Shown one piece after another: positions 9,835 to 18,925 of a DNA stretch of 64,000 nucleotides (within the stretch, counting starts at the first letter, position 1; the number at the start of each line of letters is the position of its first letter). Made by a program: the position numbers and the translations under genes. The notes below the pieces were generated by a model. The model was not told the origin of the DNA, made no database searches, and saw nothing but the letters and a program-made list of their open reading frames with translations. The DNA is from a virus, in IMG/VR virus record IMGVR_UViG_3300024346_008124, positions 1 to 64,000 of that record. One strand, given 5' to 3'.

Positions 9835-10760
9835 TGGCAGAATTAATTGATTTAAATAACGAGTTTGATTTAGGTAACATGTTTACTCTAAAGGTTGCTA
9901 GAAAACTTAGCGATATTCTAGATAGTAGATATAGGATTATAGTAAAGTATGACGCGCAAGAACTTCCAGAATATGATGATGATAAGTTAAATATCTTAAT
10001 AGCAACCTCTAGAGAAAACCACCAAATTCCAGAAGGTTTTTTTAGAGAAGATGTATTCTTGATATTTCAAAACTATCATGCCCTTGACAGGTGGGATAAC
10101 TGCTTAGATACGCCGGTAACTTTTCCTATGCCACTAGGTCCATTTAACGATTGCTACCATGACATTGAGATAAAGCCTATATCGCAAAGAAAGTACGACT
10201 TTACTTTTGTGGGACAAATACCTCACACCGGCACTAGGGATTGTTTCAAGAGAGGCTTAGACAAGCTGGTGGAAGAGTCTGGAGATAAGTTTAAATACAA
10301 AATTGAATTTACAGATGGGTTTAGTAAGGGCTTAAAACCCAAAGAGTACATGGAGCTTTTAGCTGATTCTAAATTGTCGCTGTGTCCGGGGGGAGCATAC
10401 AGCATGGAGACATTTAGATTTTTTGAATCCACGCTAATGGGGGCCATTCCAATTGTTGATCGGCTACCTAAGTTTTGGTATTATGAGCAATCATCATTCT
10501 TTAAGGGCGCTTGGCACGATCTTGACAACACTCTATCAAAGTCTTTAAACTTTCTACAAAATTCTGGCTGTAGGGGTTTACTTGAAGGTTTAGCAGTGTA
10601 TAATAACGAAGTGATGGATGTAGACAATTTGGCCTTTAAAATGAAGTCTACAGTAAATCAAAGACATAAAAATCTAGAGCCTTCTAAAGAATACCTTAAT
10701 CAATTAAGAGAGTTTTTGAAAAATGAGTTGGATTCCGATCAACTGCAAAACGCACTTTAG
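9834..10760 (+). CDS. exostosin (GT47)-like glycosyltransferase
   Basis: YDFTFVG, EYMELLADSKLSLCPGG, ETFRFFESTLMGAIPIV. Confidence 0.8.
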   Translation: MAELIDLNNEFDLGNMFTLKVARKLSDILDSRYRIIVKYDAQELPEYDDDKLNILIATSRENHQIPEGFFREDVFLIFQNYHALDRWDNCLDTPVTFPMPLGPFNDCYHDIEIKPISQRKYDFTFVGQIPHTGTRDCFKRGLDKLVEESGDKFKYKIEFTDGFSKGLKPKEYMELLADSKLSLCPGGAYSMETFRFFESTLMGAIPIVDRLPKFWYYEQSSFFKGAWHDLDNTLSKSLNFLQNSGCRGLLEGLAVYNNEVMDVDNLAFKMKSTVNQRHKNLEPSKEYLNQLREFLKNELDSDQLQNAL

Positions 10761-12294
10761 TTTACAGCAGGGTTTTTGTAAAACAGATAAGCTGGCAAAA
10801 AGATGCGCTGAGTACGGCTACACCGCCTGCGGTATAGCCGATCTTGGCACTGTCTCTGGTGCTGTAGAGTTTCACCAAGAGTGTAAAAAGCAAGGCGTAA
10901 AACCCATCATTGGATGCGAGTTCGACGGGTTCATACTCTATGCAAAAAACAAAGATGGCTGGTTTGACTTGGTTAAATATGTATCAAATCAAAACGTAGA
11001 AGTTTTAAAAGAGATAGCAGAGAATGGCAACGTTCTATGTGTGACTCCAAAGAAAAATGGATTTGCTAAGATATTTAAGTCCAATCATATCAAAATAGAT
11101 TACGCTCAGGAGGCTATCTATTATGTAGATAAAGACGATGCAGATTGTCATAGAATTATGTTGTGTAGCAAGCTTAAAAAGACTCTTGCCAAACTAGAAG
11201 GCGTGGAGCATGAGTTCTCAGAATTTTTCGACGGAGACGATAGATGGTATCTACCAGATATGACAGACTTATCAGTAGGTCACGAAATTGAAAAAAGATG
11301 CGAAGAATATGAACTAACAGGACCGCCAATGCTGCCAGACTTTGATTGTCCAAAGGGGTTTGATCAAAACGAATACCTAAAAGAACTATGTCGTCATGGC
11401 TGGAAGAAGAAGTTAATTCCATCTAAGAAAGTCTATTTAGATGTAGACAAAGAAGAATATCTTGATAGAGTTAAAACAGAATTAGAAGTCATTTTTAAAG
11501 CTGGACTGTCTGGATATTTTTTGATTGTACAAGACATTGTAAACCATGTCAAAGATAAAGGATGGATCGCTGGACCCGGAAGAGGCTCTGCTGCTGGATG
11601 TTTAGTTTCTTATCTACTGGGAATTACAGAGGTAGACCCGATAGAGTACGGACTAATCTTTGAGAGGTTCTATAACGAAGGAAGAAATACAGATGATTAT
11701 ATTTCTTTGCCGGATATTGATGTAGACGTTCCTGCGGAGCATAGAGACGAAGTTATTGACTATATCAAGGAAAAGTATGGCGAGGAAAACGTTTCTCAAA
11801 TGATTACATTTGGCAGGCTGCAAGGAAGGTCTGCGTTAAAAGAAGTTTTAAGAATTAATGATGCTGTATCATTTTCCGAAATGAACGAGATAACGGATTG
11901 TATTCCAGACGAAGCGCTCATATCCGACCAATTAGAGTTGATGGATAAGGAAGATAGGTCTATCATAAGGTGGGCTTTAGAAAATGAATCAGAAGATCTA
12001 AAGGGTTGGTGTAAGATAGGCGAGGAAGGAAAGCTGGAAGGAGATCTAGCTAAGTTTTTTGAACAGGCTATTAATATTGAAGGTACAAATAAATCTCAGG
12101 GCAAACACCCCGCTGGTGTAATCATATCAAAGTTTAAACTTAAAGACGTATGTCCTATGGTGAAAGATGCTACTGGTAAAAACATAGTTGGATTTGAAAT
12201 GAACGATCTAGAGTCGCAAGGACATGTTAAATTTGACATTTTAGCCATTGATCTATTAAGTAAAATCATGGAAATAACAAACAAGGGAGAATAA
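10723..12294 (+). CDS. dnaE: DNA polymerase III alpha, N-terminal part (degenerate PHP + palm/thumb)
   Basis: KPIIGCE, GYFLIVQD, GPGRGSAAGCLVSYLLGITEVDP, LIFERF, PDIDVD, HPAGVII, KFDIL; ends right after the third catalytic Asp. Confidence 0.93.
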   Translation: MSWIPINCKTHFSLQQGFCKTDKLAKRCAEYGYTACGIADLGTVSGAVEFHQECKKQGVKPIIGCEFDGFILYAKNKDGWFDLVKYVSNQNVEVLKEIAENGNVLCVTPKKNGFAKIFKSNHIKIDYAQEAIYYVDKDDADCHRIMLCSKLKKTLAKLEGVEHEFSEFFDGDDRWYLPDMTDLSVGHEIEKRCEEYELTGPPMLPDFDCPKGFDQNEYLKELCRHGWKKKLIPSKKVYLDVDKEEYLDRVKTELEVIFKAGLSGYFLIVQDIVNHVKDKGWIAGPGRGSAAGCLVSYLLGITEVDPIEYGLIFERFYNEGRNTDDYISLPDIDVDVPAEHRDEVIDYIKEKYGEENVSQMITFGRLQGRSALKEVLRINDAVSFSEMNEITDCIPDEALISDQLELMDKEDRSIIRWALENESEDLKGWCKIGEEGKLEGDLAKFFEQAINIEGTNKSQGKHPAGVIISKFKLKDVCPMVKDATGKNIVGFEMNDLESQGHVKFDILAIDLLSKIMEITNKGE

Positions 12295-12295
12295 A

Positions 12296-12514
12296 ATGAA
12301 CGCTACAGCAGAAGATTATAAGTCCGTAATATTTTCTGGTTGCTCTATTGAATCAAACAAGGTTCATATTTGCAACCTAAGAAACTACAATAAAAGACTT
12401 GTTGCAGATAATGAATATCAAGTTTGGTCTGATAAACATAAAGAATACAAGCTATACAAAAACATAGATGACGCTGTTAATAAATTTATAGAACTAAAAG
12501 GAAAACGAGCATGA
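12296..12514 (+). CDS. small hypothetical protein between the dnaE halves
   Basis: 72-aa ORF with SD GGAG and ATGA overlap with the next gene. Confidence 0.7.
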   Translation: MNATAEDYKSVIFSGCSIESNKVHICNLRNYNKRLVADNEYQVWSDKHKEYKLYKNIDDAVNKFIELKGKRA

Positions 12515-13203
12515 ATTATAGAGACATAATAGTATTTGACTTTGAGACCGGTGGCAGGAATCCTTACACTTGTCAACCAACTCAGATTGCCGCTGTAGCG
12601 ATTCATGCTAGAAAGTTAGAACTCCAGCCGGGAGGAACCTTTAACAGCGAGATTAGGCCAATCATAGACGATGACAAGGCTATTAAGGCGGGCGTTGATC
12701 CGCTTGAAGAGGAAGCTCTAAAGATAACGAGAAAAACAAGAGATGAATTAGCCAAAGCACCACTGCCCAAAACTGTTTGGCGTAAATTCTCGCAGTTTTG
12801 TGACAAGTACAACTTTAAGAAAACAAGTTACTATGCCCCAATAGCTGCGGGTTATAATATCAATGGCTACGATATGCCTATCGTTGAACGCATGTGTCAA
12901 CAATACGGACCTACCCATGCAAAGAATGGAAGACAGGGAATCTTTAACCCTATCTATACAATTGATGTCATGCAACATATCTACTGCTGGTTTGAAAACA
13001 ATCAAGAAGTTAAAAAGTATAACATGGATTACATGCGCGACTACTTTGGTATGAGTCAAGCTAGCAAGGACAACGCTCACGATGCCTTGCAAGATGTAAA
13101 AGATACCGCTAATCTGATGATTAAATTTATGAAGTTACAAAGGACGTTGTTAAAGAAGGTAAAGTTTGAAAAGACATTTGCCAACGGGGAAATTTATGTT
13201 TGA
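12511..13203 (+). CDS. DEDDh 3'-5' exonuclease (DnaQ/epsilon-like)
   Basis: ExoI DFETGG, ExoII GYNINGYD, ExoIII HDALQD. Confidence 0.9.
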   Translation: MNYRDIIVFDFETGGRNPYTCQPTQIAAVAIHARKLELQPGGTFNSEIRPIIDDDKAIKAGVDPLEEEALKITRKTRDELAKAPLPKTVWRKFSQFCDKYNFKKTSYYAPIAAGYNINGYDMPIVERMCQQYGPTHAKNGRQGIFNPIYTIDVMQHIYCWFENNQEVKKYNMDYMRDYFGMSQASKDNAHDALQDVKDTANLMIKFMKLQRTLLKKVKFEKTFANGEIYV

Positions 13204-14734
13204 TATCAACGATTTTAACGATGATAATGTTTGGGATTTGATTTGCGAAGGACGTACCAAGGGTGTTTTTCAACTTGAGTCTAACCTCGGAAGGCACTGG
13301 GCTAAGAAGGTTAGTCCAAGGAGTATAAACGAATTAGCCGCTTTACTTAGTCTAATTAGGCCGGGGTGCTTGAAGGCGTATAAAGACGGTAAAAGCATGA
13401 CTCAGCATTATGCTGATAGAAAAGCTAATCTAGATCCCGTTGTTTACGAGCATGAATCTATTGAGCCTATCCTTAAAGAGACCTATGGAGTTCTTGTTTA
13501 CCAAGAGCAGTCTATGATGATGGCTCAAAAACTAGCTGGCTTTGATCTGAAAGAGGCTGATGGACTAAGGAAGGCTATCGGTAAAAAGAAGGCTGACTTG
13601 ATGGAGCAGGTTAAGAAGTCTTTTTTAGAGGGTGCGGAGAAACAGGGGATTGTAAACAAAGAAATTGCGGAAGAGATTTTCTCTTGGATCGAGAAGTCTA
13701 ACCGCTATGCCTTTAATAAGTCTCACGCCGTCTCTTATGCGATCAACGCATATTGGAGCGCTTACTGCAAAAACTATCGTATGCTTGACTTTTATACGTC
13801 CTACCTTAACAGGTCGGATAGGAAACCTAAGCCACAGATTGAAATCAAGCAACTTGTAATGGATGCGAAGTTTGAGGGTATAGATGTGTATCCACCAAGA
13901 CTCCAGCATATGCATACAAACTTTACAGATATTGATAATAAAATATACTTCGGTATGCGACATATCAAAAACGTAGGAACCAGAGAGTGCGAAAAGATAG
14001 AAGAACTTCTTTCACAAAAAGATATATCAAAATATACTTGGATGGATGTTCTTGTTAAGATTATTAATGGTTGCAAGCTTAACAAAAGGGCTGTGGTGTC
14101 TTTGATTTCCGTAGGAGCTTTCAACGGTGTCAATAATTCTAGGTATCGGCAAGAGATGCTGTATGAGTTTGACAGTTGGAAAAACCTTTCGGCCAGAGAG
14201 CAAAAGTATATAGAAGAAAATTACAATAGCAAAAACTCTCTTAGTGATAATATAGAGGGTTTGATTAATAATCTTAAAATAAGCTCAAGAAGAGTAGATA
14301 CCGTAAAAGATATTAAAAAGTCTTTAGATAACCCATTTTATGATCTCGCAGATAGCGCAGCAACTATTGCGGATCAAGAGTTTAAATTCCTTGGCTGTTC
14401 CATTACCTGCTCCAAAACAGACTATGCGATAAGTAGTCAAAATTTTATGTGCAAAGATGTGTCTAAAGGTGCTATAAAAGGGAAAGTAATGCTTGCTGTT
14501 CACATAAACTCTCTAAGAGAATACAAAACAAAGAAGGGGAAAACCCCCGGACAGCTAATGGCTTTTCTAGCAGTTGAAGATTCTAGTGGCGAGCTTGATT
14601 CTGTCACTGTTTTTCCAGAGGTTTACAAGGAACACAAAGACGTTCTTATCGAAGGTAATACCGTTTTAATAAACGGAGAGATATCAAAAAAAGACAACAC
14701 CTCTGTAATCATAAATAAAGCAAGTCAAATATAA
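13196..14734 (+). CDS. dnaE: DNA polymerase III alpha, C-terminal part (fingers, HhH, OB)
   Basis: TKGVFQLES, SLIRPG, ETYGVLVYQEQ, ADGLRKAIGKK, YAFNKSHAVSY, IKNVG, OB-fold MAFLAVED...VTVFP; ATG 13196 preceded by GGGGA is preferred over TTG 13166. Confidence 0.93.
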   Translation: MFDINDFNDDNVWDLICEGRTKGVFQLESNLGRHWAKKVSPRSINELAALLSLIRPGCLKAYKDGKSMTQHYADRKANLDPVVYEHESIEPILKETYGVLVYQEQSMMMAQKLAGFDLKEADGLRKAIGKKKADLMEQVKKSFLEGAEKQGIVNKEIAEEIFSWIEKSNRYAFNKSHAVSYAINAYWSAYCKNYRMLDFYTSYLNRSDRKPKPQIEIKQLVMDAKFEGIDVYPPRLQHMHTNFTDIDNKIYFGMRHIKNVGTRECEKIEELLSQKDISKYTWMDVLVKIINGCKLNKRAVVSLISVGAFNGVNNSRYRQEMLYEFDSWKNLSAREQKYIEENYNSKNSLSDNIEGLINNLKISSRRVDTVKDIKKSLDNPFYDLADSAATIADQEFKFLGCSITCSKTDYAISSQNFMCKDVSKGAIKGKVMLAVHINSLREYKTKKGKTPGQLMAFLAVEDSSGELDSVTVFPEVYKEHKDVLIEGNTVLINGEISKKDNTSVIINKASQI

Positions 14735-14756
14735 TAACAATAAACGAGTTATCTTA

Positions 14757-16403
14757 ATGAAGAAAAAAATACTTTTTTGCTCAGAAGCCTCTTGGTACGC
14801 AACAGGATATTCTGTGTACACCAAAGAAGTTTTATCTAGACTGTGTCAGATAGAGGATTTCGAGGTGGCCGAGCTAGGATGTTATGCAGAAAGTTCAGAC
14901 GCGCAGGATAAAAACATTCCTTGGAAATTTTATGGAAACAAACCTTCTCCAAACAGCCCTGAATTTGAGTCATATAAGAGCAACCCAAGCGCCCAGTTTG
15001 GAGAGCAGTCTTTTAATTCTGTGTTATTAGACTTTAAACCAGATATCGTAATGGATATTAGAGATTGGTGGATGATAGAATATCAGCAAAGATCTCCTTT
15101 CAGAGACTTTTTTCATTGGTCGATTATGCCTACTGTGGACGCAGAGCCGCAGGCTGACCAGTGGATTAATACGTATTCTTCTGCGGATTCCGTGTTTGCA
15201 TATTCTGAATTTGGTAGAGACACTATGCTTAAACAATGCGATAGTATAAAGTTTGTTGACATAGCATCGCCAGCGGCTAGCAATAGCTTTACACCAGCAC
15301 CGAATAAGCGCGACCATAAAATTAATATGGGCATTTCTCCAGACTCTTTCATTGTAGGAACGGTCATGAGAAACCAAAGAAGAAAGCTGTATCCAGATTT
15401 AATGGAGTCGTTTAGAAGATTTCTAGACCAAACCCAAGATCCAAACGCTTTCCTTTATTGTCACACATACTACCCAGATGTTGGTTGGGATCTACCTAAT
15501 CTAATTTATGAAAATGGGTTGTCTGGTAGAGTCTTGATGACATACAAGTGTAAATCCTGTAAAAATATATCTGTTGATTTCTTCAAGGATGCCGTTAGCG
15601 CCTGTGATAAATGTAAATCATTCTCCAATGCCATAGTGGGAATATCTAATCCCATAGACGAAAAAGAGCTTTCTGATATATACAATTGTTTTGATATTTA
15701 CGTTCAGTATGCTAATAGCGAAGGGTTCGGTATGCCCCAGCTAGAGGCTGCCAACTGCGGGCTACCCGTTATTTCTACTCACTACTCAGCTATGGAGTCT
15801 GTTGTTAAAAATATTGGTGGATATGGGGTTATACCTAAGCAATACTATGTAGAATGTGAAACAGGGTGCAAGAGGGCTATACCAGATAACGATTCGTTCG
15901 TTGGTCTTTTGACTCAGCTTCATAGTGAAAAAGATAAGTTAAAACAGTTAGGGTCTCAAGTTAGAGACAGAGCGTTAGAAAACTATAGCTGGGACAAGAC
16001 CGCCGATGCTTGGGCTAAACATTTTAACGCAGTAGAAAAAAAAGACCCAGCGACTACGTGGTATTCTCCGCTAAATGCGCCAGAGCCAGAAATAAACATG
16101 TTACAAAATCCAGAATCTATGGCGCATTCTGTAAATCATATATTTACTAATGTGTTACATAAGCCAGAATGGATAGGTGGTTATTTATGGAAGAGGGTTT
16201 TGAGAGACGTAACCTTCGGCTATAGGTGCGAAAACATGGATAAACAGTTCTATTTTAACGAATCTCATAAAAAAACCAACACTTCAAATGCTCCGTTCTG
16301 CCTAGAGGACGCATATAAAGAAATGATAAACTTTAGAAAGCAATTAAATAACTGGGAACACTCCAGAGTGCAACGTAACCAACAGGAGATGGAAAATAAA
16401 TGA
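14757..16403 (+). CDS. GT4 glycosyltransferase with zinc-ribbon insertion
   Basis: TGYS, VMRNQRRK, SEGFGMPQLEAANCGLPVI, YSWD; insert CKSC...CDKC. Confidence 0.9.
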   Translation: MKKKILFCSEASWYATGYSVYTKEVLSRLCQIEDFEVAELGCYAESSDAQDKNIPWKFYGNKPSPNSPEFESYKSNPSAQFGEQSFNSVLLDFKPDIVMDIRDWWMIEYQQRSPFRDFFHWSIMPTVDAEPQADQWINTYSSADSVFAYSEFGRDTMLKQCDSIKFVDIASPAASNSFTPAPNKRDHKINMGISPDSFIVGTVMRNQRRKLYPDLMESFRRFLDQTQDPNAFLYCHTYYPDVGWDLPNLIYENGLSGRVLMTYKCKSCKNISVDFFKDAVSACDKCKSFSNAIVGISNPIDEKELSDIYNCFDIYVQYANSEGFGMPQLEAANCGLPVISTHYSAMESVVKNIGGYGVIPKQYYVECETGCKRAIPDNDSFVGLLTQLHSEKDKLKQLGSQVRDRALENYSWDKTADAWAKHFNAVEKKDPATTWYSPLNAPEPEINMLQNPESMAHSVNHIFTNVLHKPEWIGGYLWKRVLRDVTFGYRCENMDKQFYFNESHKKTNTSNAPFCLEDAYKEMINFRKQLNNWEHSRVQRNQQEMENK

Positions 16404-17494
16404 AAGTCTTATATATAGGAAATTATAAAGACGGCACAGGTTGGGCGAACGCTTGTATAAATAATATATTGGCTTTAGACGCTGCGGGAATAGAGGTTGT
16501 TCCTAGAGCCATAACTTTTAACAAAGCAGACGGAGAGTGTCCAAAAAGAGTTTTAGAACTAGAGGGAAATTCTGAATCTGGTTGCGACACATGTATTCAA
16601 CATACGCTTCCCCATTTATACTCGTACAATTCTAAGTTTAAAAATATAGGATTTTTAGCTACAGAAACTAGTAACTTTATAGAAAGTTCTTGGCAGCATC
16701 ATGCGAATCTTATGGATGAGATATGGGTTCCTACCAAGTCTTGCAAGTCTGCCTGTGTTCATAGTGGTGTTAATAAACCTGTAAAAGTCGCGCCTCACTC
16801 CCTAGACCTCACGCCCTACCAGTCTGAAAAATATAGGCAAGACGGTCCAAAAGTTGATAATCTTGTAAACACATTCAATTTCGCCTTTGTCGGTGAATTT
16901 GTAGAAAGGAAAAACTTACAAGCAATAGCTAGAGCTTTTCATTCAGAATTTGATTACGACGAACCCGTAAATCTATATGTAAAAACTTCTGCGCAGTCGT
17001 TAGAATATGTTCAAAATTATTTCGAGCAAGTGAGAAATGGTTTAAAAATAAGAAAGAAATACAAAGAAGAAATTGTTATATGCGGAAGCTTACCAAAAGA
17101 AAACTACATATCAGTATTGTCTCAGTGCCACTCTTTTGTTATGCCTAGTCGCGGAGAGGGTTTTTGTATTCCAGCGCTAGAGGCGATGGCGATGGGCATT
17201 CCTGTAATCTACACAAAGGGAACAGGCATGGACGACTTCTGCTCAGGTTCTGCGGTAAAATCTTCAGAGGTTCCGTGCTTTGGCGCTATGTCAACACTAG
17301 ATTATTTATACACCTCTAATGAAAAATGGAGAGAGGTAGATATTGAAGACTTGATGGTATGTATGCGAAATGCATTTATGAGGTGGAAAACAAAGTGGGC
17401 TACAGAAGATAGTCACCAAGCCTTAAAGGGTGCTGAAAAATTTTCTCATAAAGAGGTAGGATTAAAATTAAAGGAGATACTAAATGACCGCTAG
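16400..17494 (+). CDS. GT4 glycosyltransferase
   Basis: TGWA, DEIWVP, ERKN, PSRGEGFCIPALEAMAMGIPVI. Confidence 0.9.
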   Translation: MKVLYIGNYKDGTGWANACINNILALDAAGIEVVPRAITFNKADGECPKRVLELEGNSESGCDTCIQHTLPHLYSYNSKFKNIGFLATETSNFIESSWQHHANLMDEIWVPTKSCKSACVHSGVNKPVKVAPHSLDLTPYQSEKYRQDGPKVDNLVNTFNFAFVGEFVERKNLQAIARAFHSEFDYDEPVNLYVKTSAQSLEYVQNYFEQVRNGLKIRKKYKEEIVICGSLPKENYISVLSQCHSFVMPSRGEGFCIPALEAMAMGIPVIYTKGTGMDDFCSGSAVKSSEVPCFGAMSTLDYLYTSNEKWREVDIEDLMVCMRNAFMRWKTKWATEDSHQALKGAEKFSHKEVGLKLKEILNDR

Positions 17495-18509
17495 TGCAAG
17501 CCAGAGAGCCATAAGATCAATAATGCGTAAATGTGATCCTGAAAGAAAGCTAAACATATTAACATTCGCCACGCACGAAAGATATGAAGAAAATCTTTGT
17601 AAAACTGGTCATAACTTTTATTCATTAGCGATTGGCAAGACTTGGGATACAGACTATGCTCCGGTTCCAGACAACTATCATATCATCAATACTATACCGG
17701 ACTACGTTGATTTTGATCTAATCTTGACACATACTTCATGTGACAGAATGTTTCAGGCACATCAACACTTAACCGGTTTAGATATTTCTAGCGGCAATAA
17801 AACAGGCATCCCCATTCTTAGGCATACCCATGTTCTTCCTGACGTTAGGTTTGACGTAGCTGCTCAGATTGCAGCGTTTCAACAGTATCCAAGAGACAAA
17901 GACTCATTTATATCTGAATACAACATGGGCGCTTGGGGTATGGTTAGCGGAACTTCTACTGGGGTTGTAGAACATGGCGTAAACACAGACTTTTGGAATG
18001 ATGGAAGGTTAAAAAGGGATGCCGTCTGCCTTTCTGTTGTGAATGATTGGCCCAATAGAGATTGGTGTTGCGGATTTAACCTTTGGAAGCAGACAGTTCA
18101 GGGTCTGCCTGTAAAAGTCTATGGTAAAAGTCCGGGGTTTTCTGAGCCTGCAAACTCTACAGAACACTTGAGAGAAATTTATCAATCTTCAAGAATATTC
18201 TATAATACCTCTTTACACTCCCCTGTTCCCAGTGTATTATTAGAAGCTATGGCTTGTGGTTGCGCTATTGTTTCTACCTCCAACTGCATGATACCAGAAA
18301 TAATCGAGAACGGCAAGAATGGACTAATTTCAAATGACCCCAAAGAACTGCGCAGCTTCTTAGAGCTTCTTCTTAAAGATGAAAACTTAGCAAAAGAACT
18401 AGGTGGCAACGCTAGAAAAACCATAGTTGAAAAATATAATCTCGAAAGATTTGTTGATAGCTGGAACAATCTACTACACTCTACAGTAAATGAATACAGG
18501 AACATATAA
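17484..18509 (+). CDS. GT4 glycosyltransferase
   Basis: HGVNTDFW, PSVLLEAMACGCAIVS, EIIENGKNG, NARKTIVEKY. Confidence 0.9.
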   Translation: MTASASQRAIRSIMRKCDPERKLNILTFATHERYEENLCKTGHNFYSLAIGKTWDTDYAPVPDNYHIINTIPDYVDFDLILTHTSCDRMFQAHQHLTGLDISSGNKTGIPILRHTHVLPDVRFDVAAQIAAFQQYPRDKDSFISEYNMGAWGMVSGTSTGVVEHGVNTDFWNDGRLKRDAVCLSVVNDWPNRDWCCGFNLWKQTVQGLPVKVYGKSPGFSEPANSTEHLREIYQSSRIFYNTSLHSPVPSVLLEAMACGCAIVSTSNCMIPEIIENGKNGLISNDPKELRSFLELLLKDENLAKELGGNARKTIVEKYNLERFVDSWNNLLHSTVNEYRNI

Positions 18510-18925
18510 TGAAAATTTATCTATCTACCAAACCGCCCTCAGACATGTCATTCAAACACTGCTCAAATCTAGCTGCGTTAGAGGGCATGGCTTTAGATGG
18601 CGAAGTAACGAGTCTAACAATAGATTGTTTTCTTTCTTCGTTTTCTTTTCAGGAAGTCAAAGAAGCGGTGCAAGAAATACTAAAAAAATGTAGAATGAAG
18701 TGTGAGGTTAATATTATAGAAATGGATTCTAATGTAATATTTAGGCTTTACACAAGGGGAGAGATACAGCTAGACTATTTAAACAACTTGTTTTTTAATA
18801 GTCCGAAAAAAAGCGTCCTTAATACAGACACTATACAGTCCTGCATTCCTGATAATTTTTCCATAGAAGAAAAGTCAATATCTAGCCAAGGATTTTCAAG
18901 CATTAAAATTAGGAGAGTAGTATGA
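18509..18925 (+). CDS. degenerate class I SAM-methyltransferase-like protein
   Basis: DGEVTSLTIDCFLSSF...VQEILKKCRMKCEVNIIEMD resembles the C-terminal half of Methyltransf_11; no SAM-binding GxG seen. Confidence 0.4.
   Translation: MKIYLSTKPPSDMSFKHCSNLAALEGMALDGEVTSLTIDCFLSSFSFQEVKEAVQEILKKCRMKCEVNIIEMDSNVIFRLYTRGEIQLDYLNNLFFNSPKKSVLNTDTIQSCIPDNFSIEEKSISSQGFSSIKIRRVV

Noticed and set aside
13163-13203. Programmed frameshift fusing the exonuclease to DnaE-C
   Set aside because: It would need a +1 shift in a short overlap with no convincing slippery site; DnaE-C has its own ATG (13196) with a GGGGA SD
12200-13260. Split intein or group I intron joining the dnaE halves
   Set aside because: No intein terminal motifs on either half, and the intervening DNA is fully occupied by two coupled ORFs with no room for a ribozyme core
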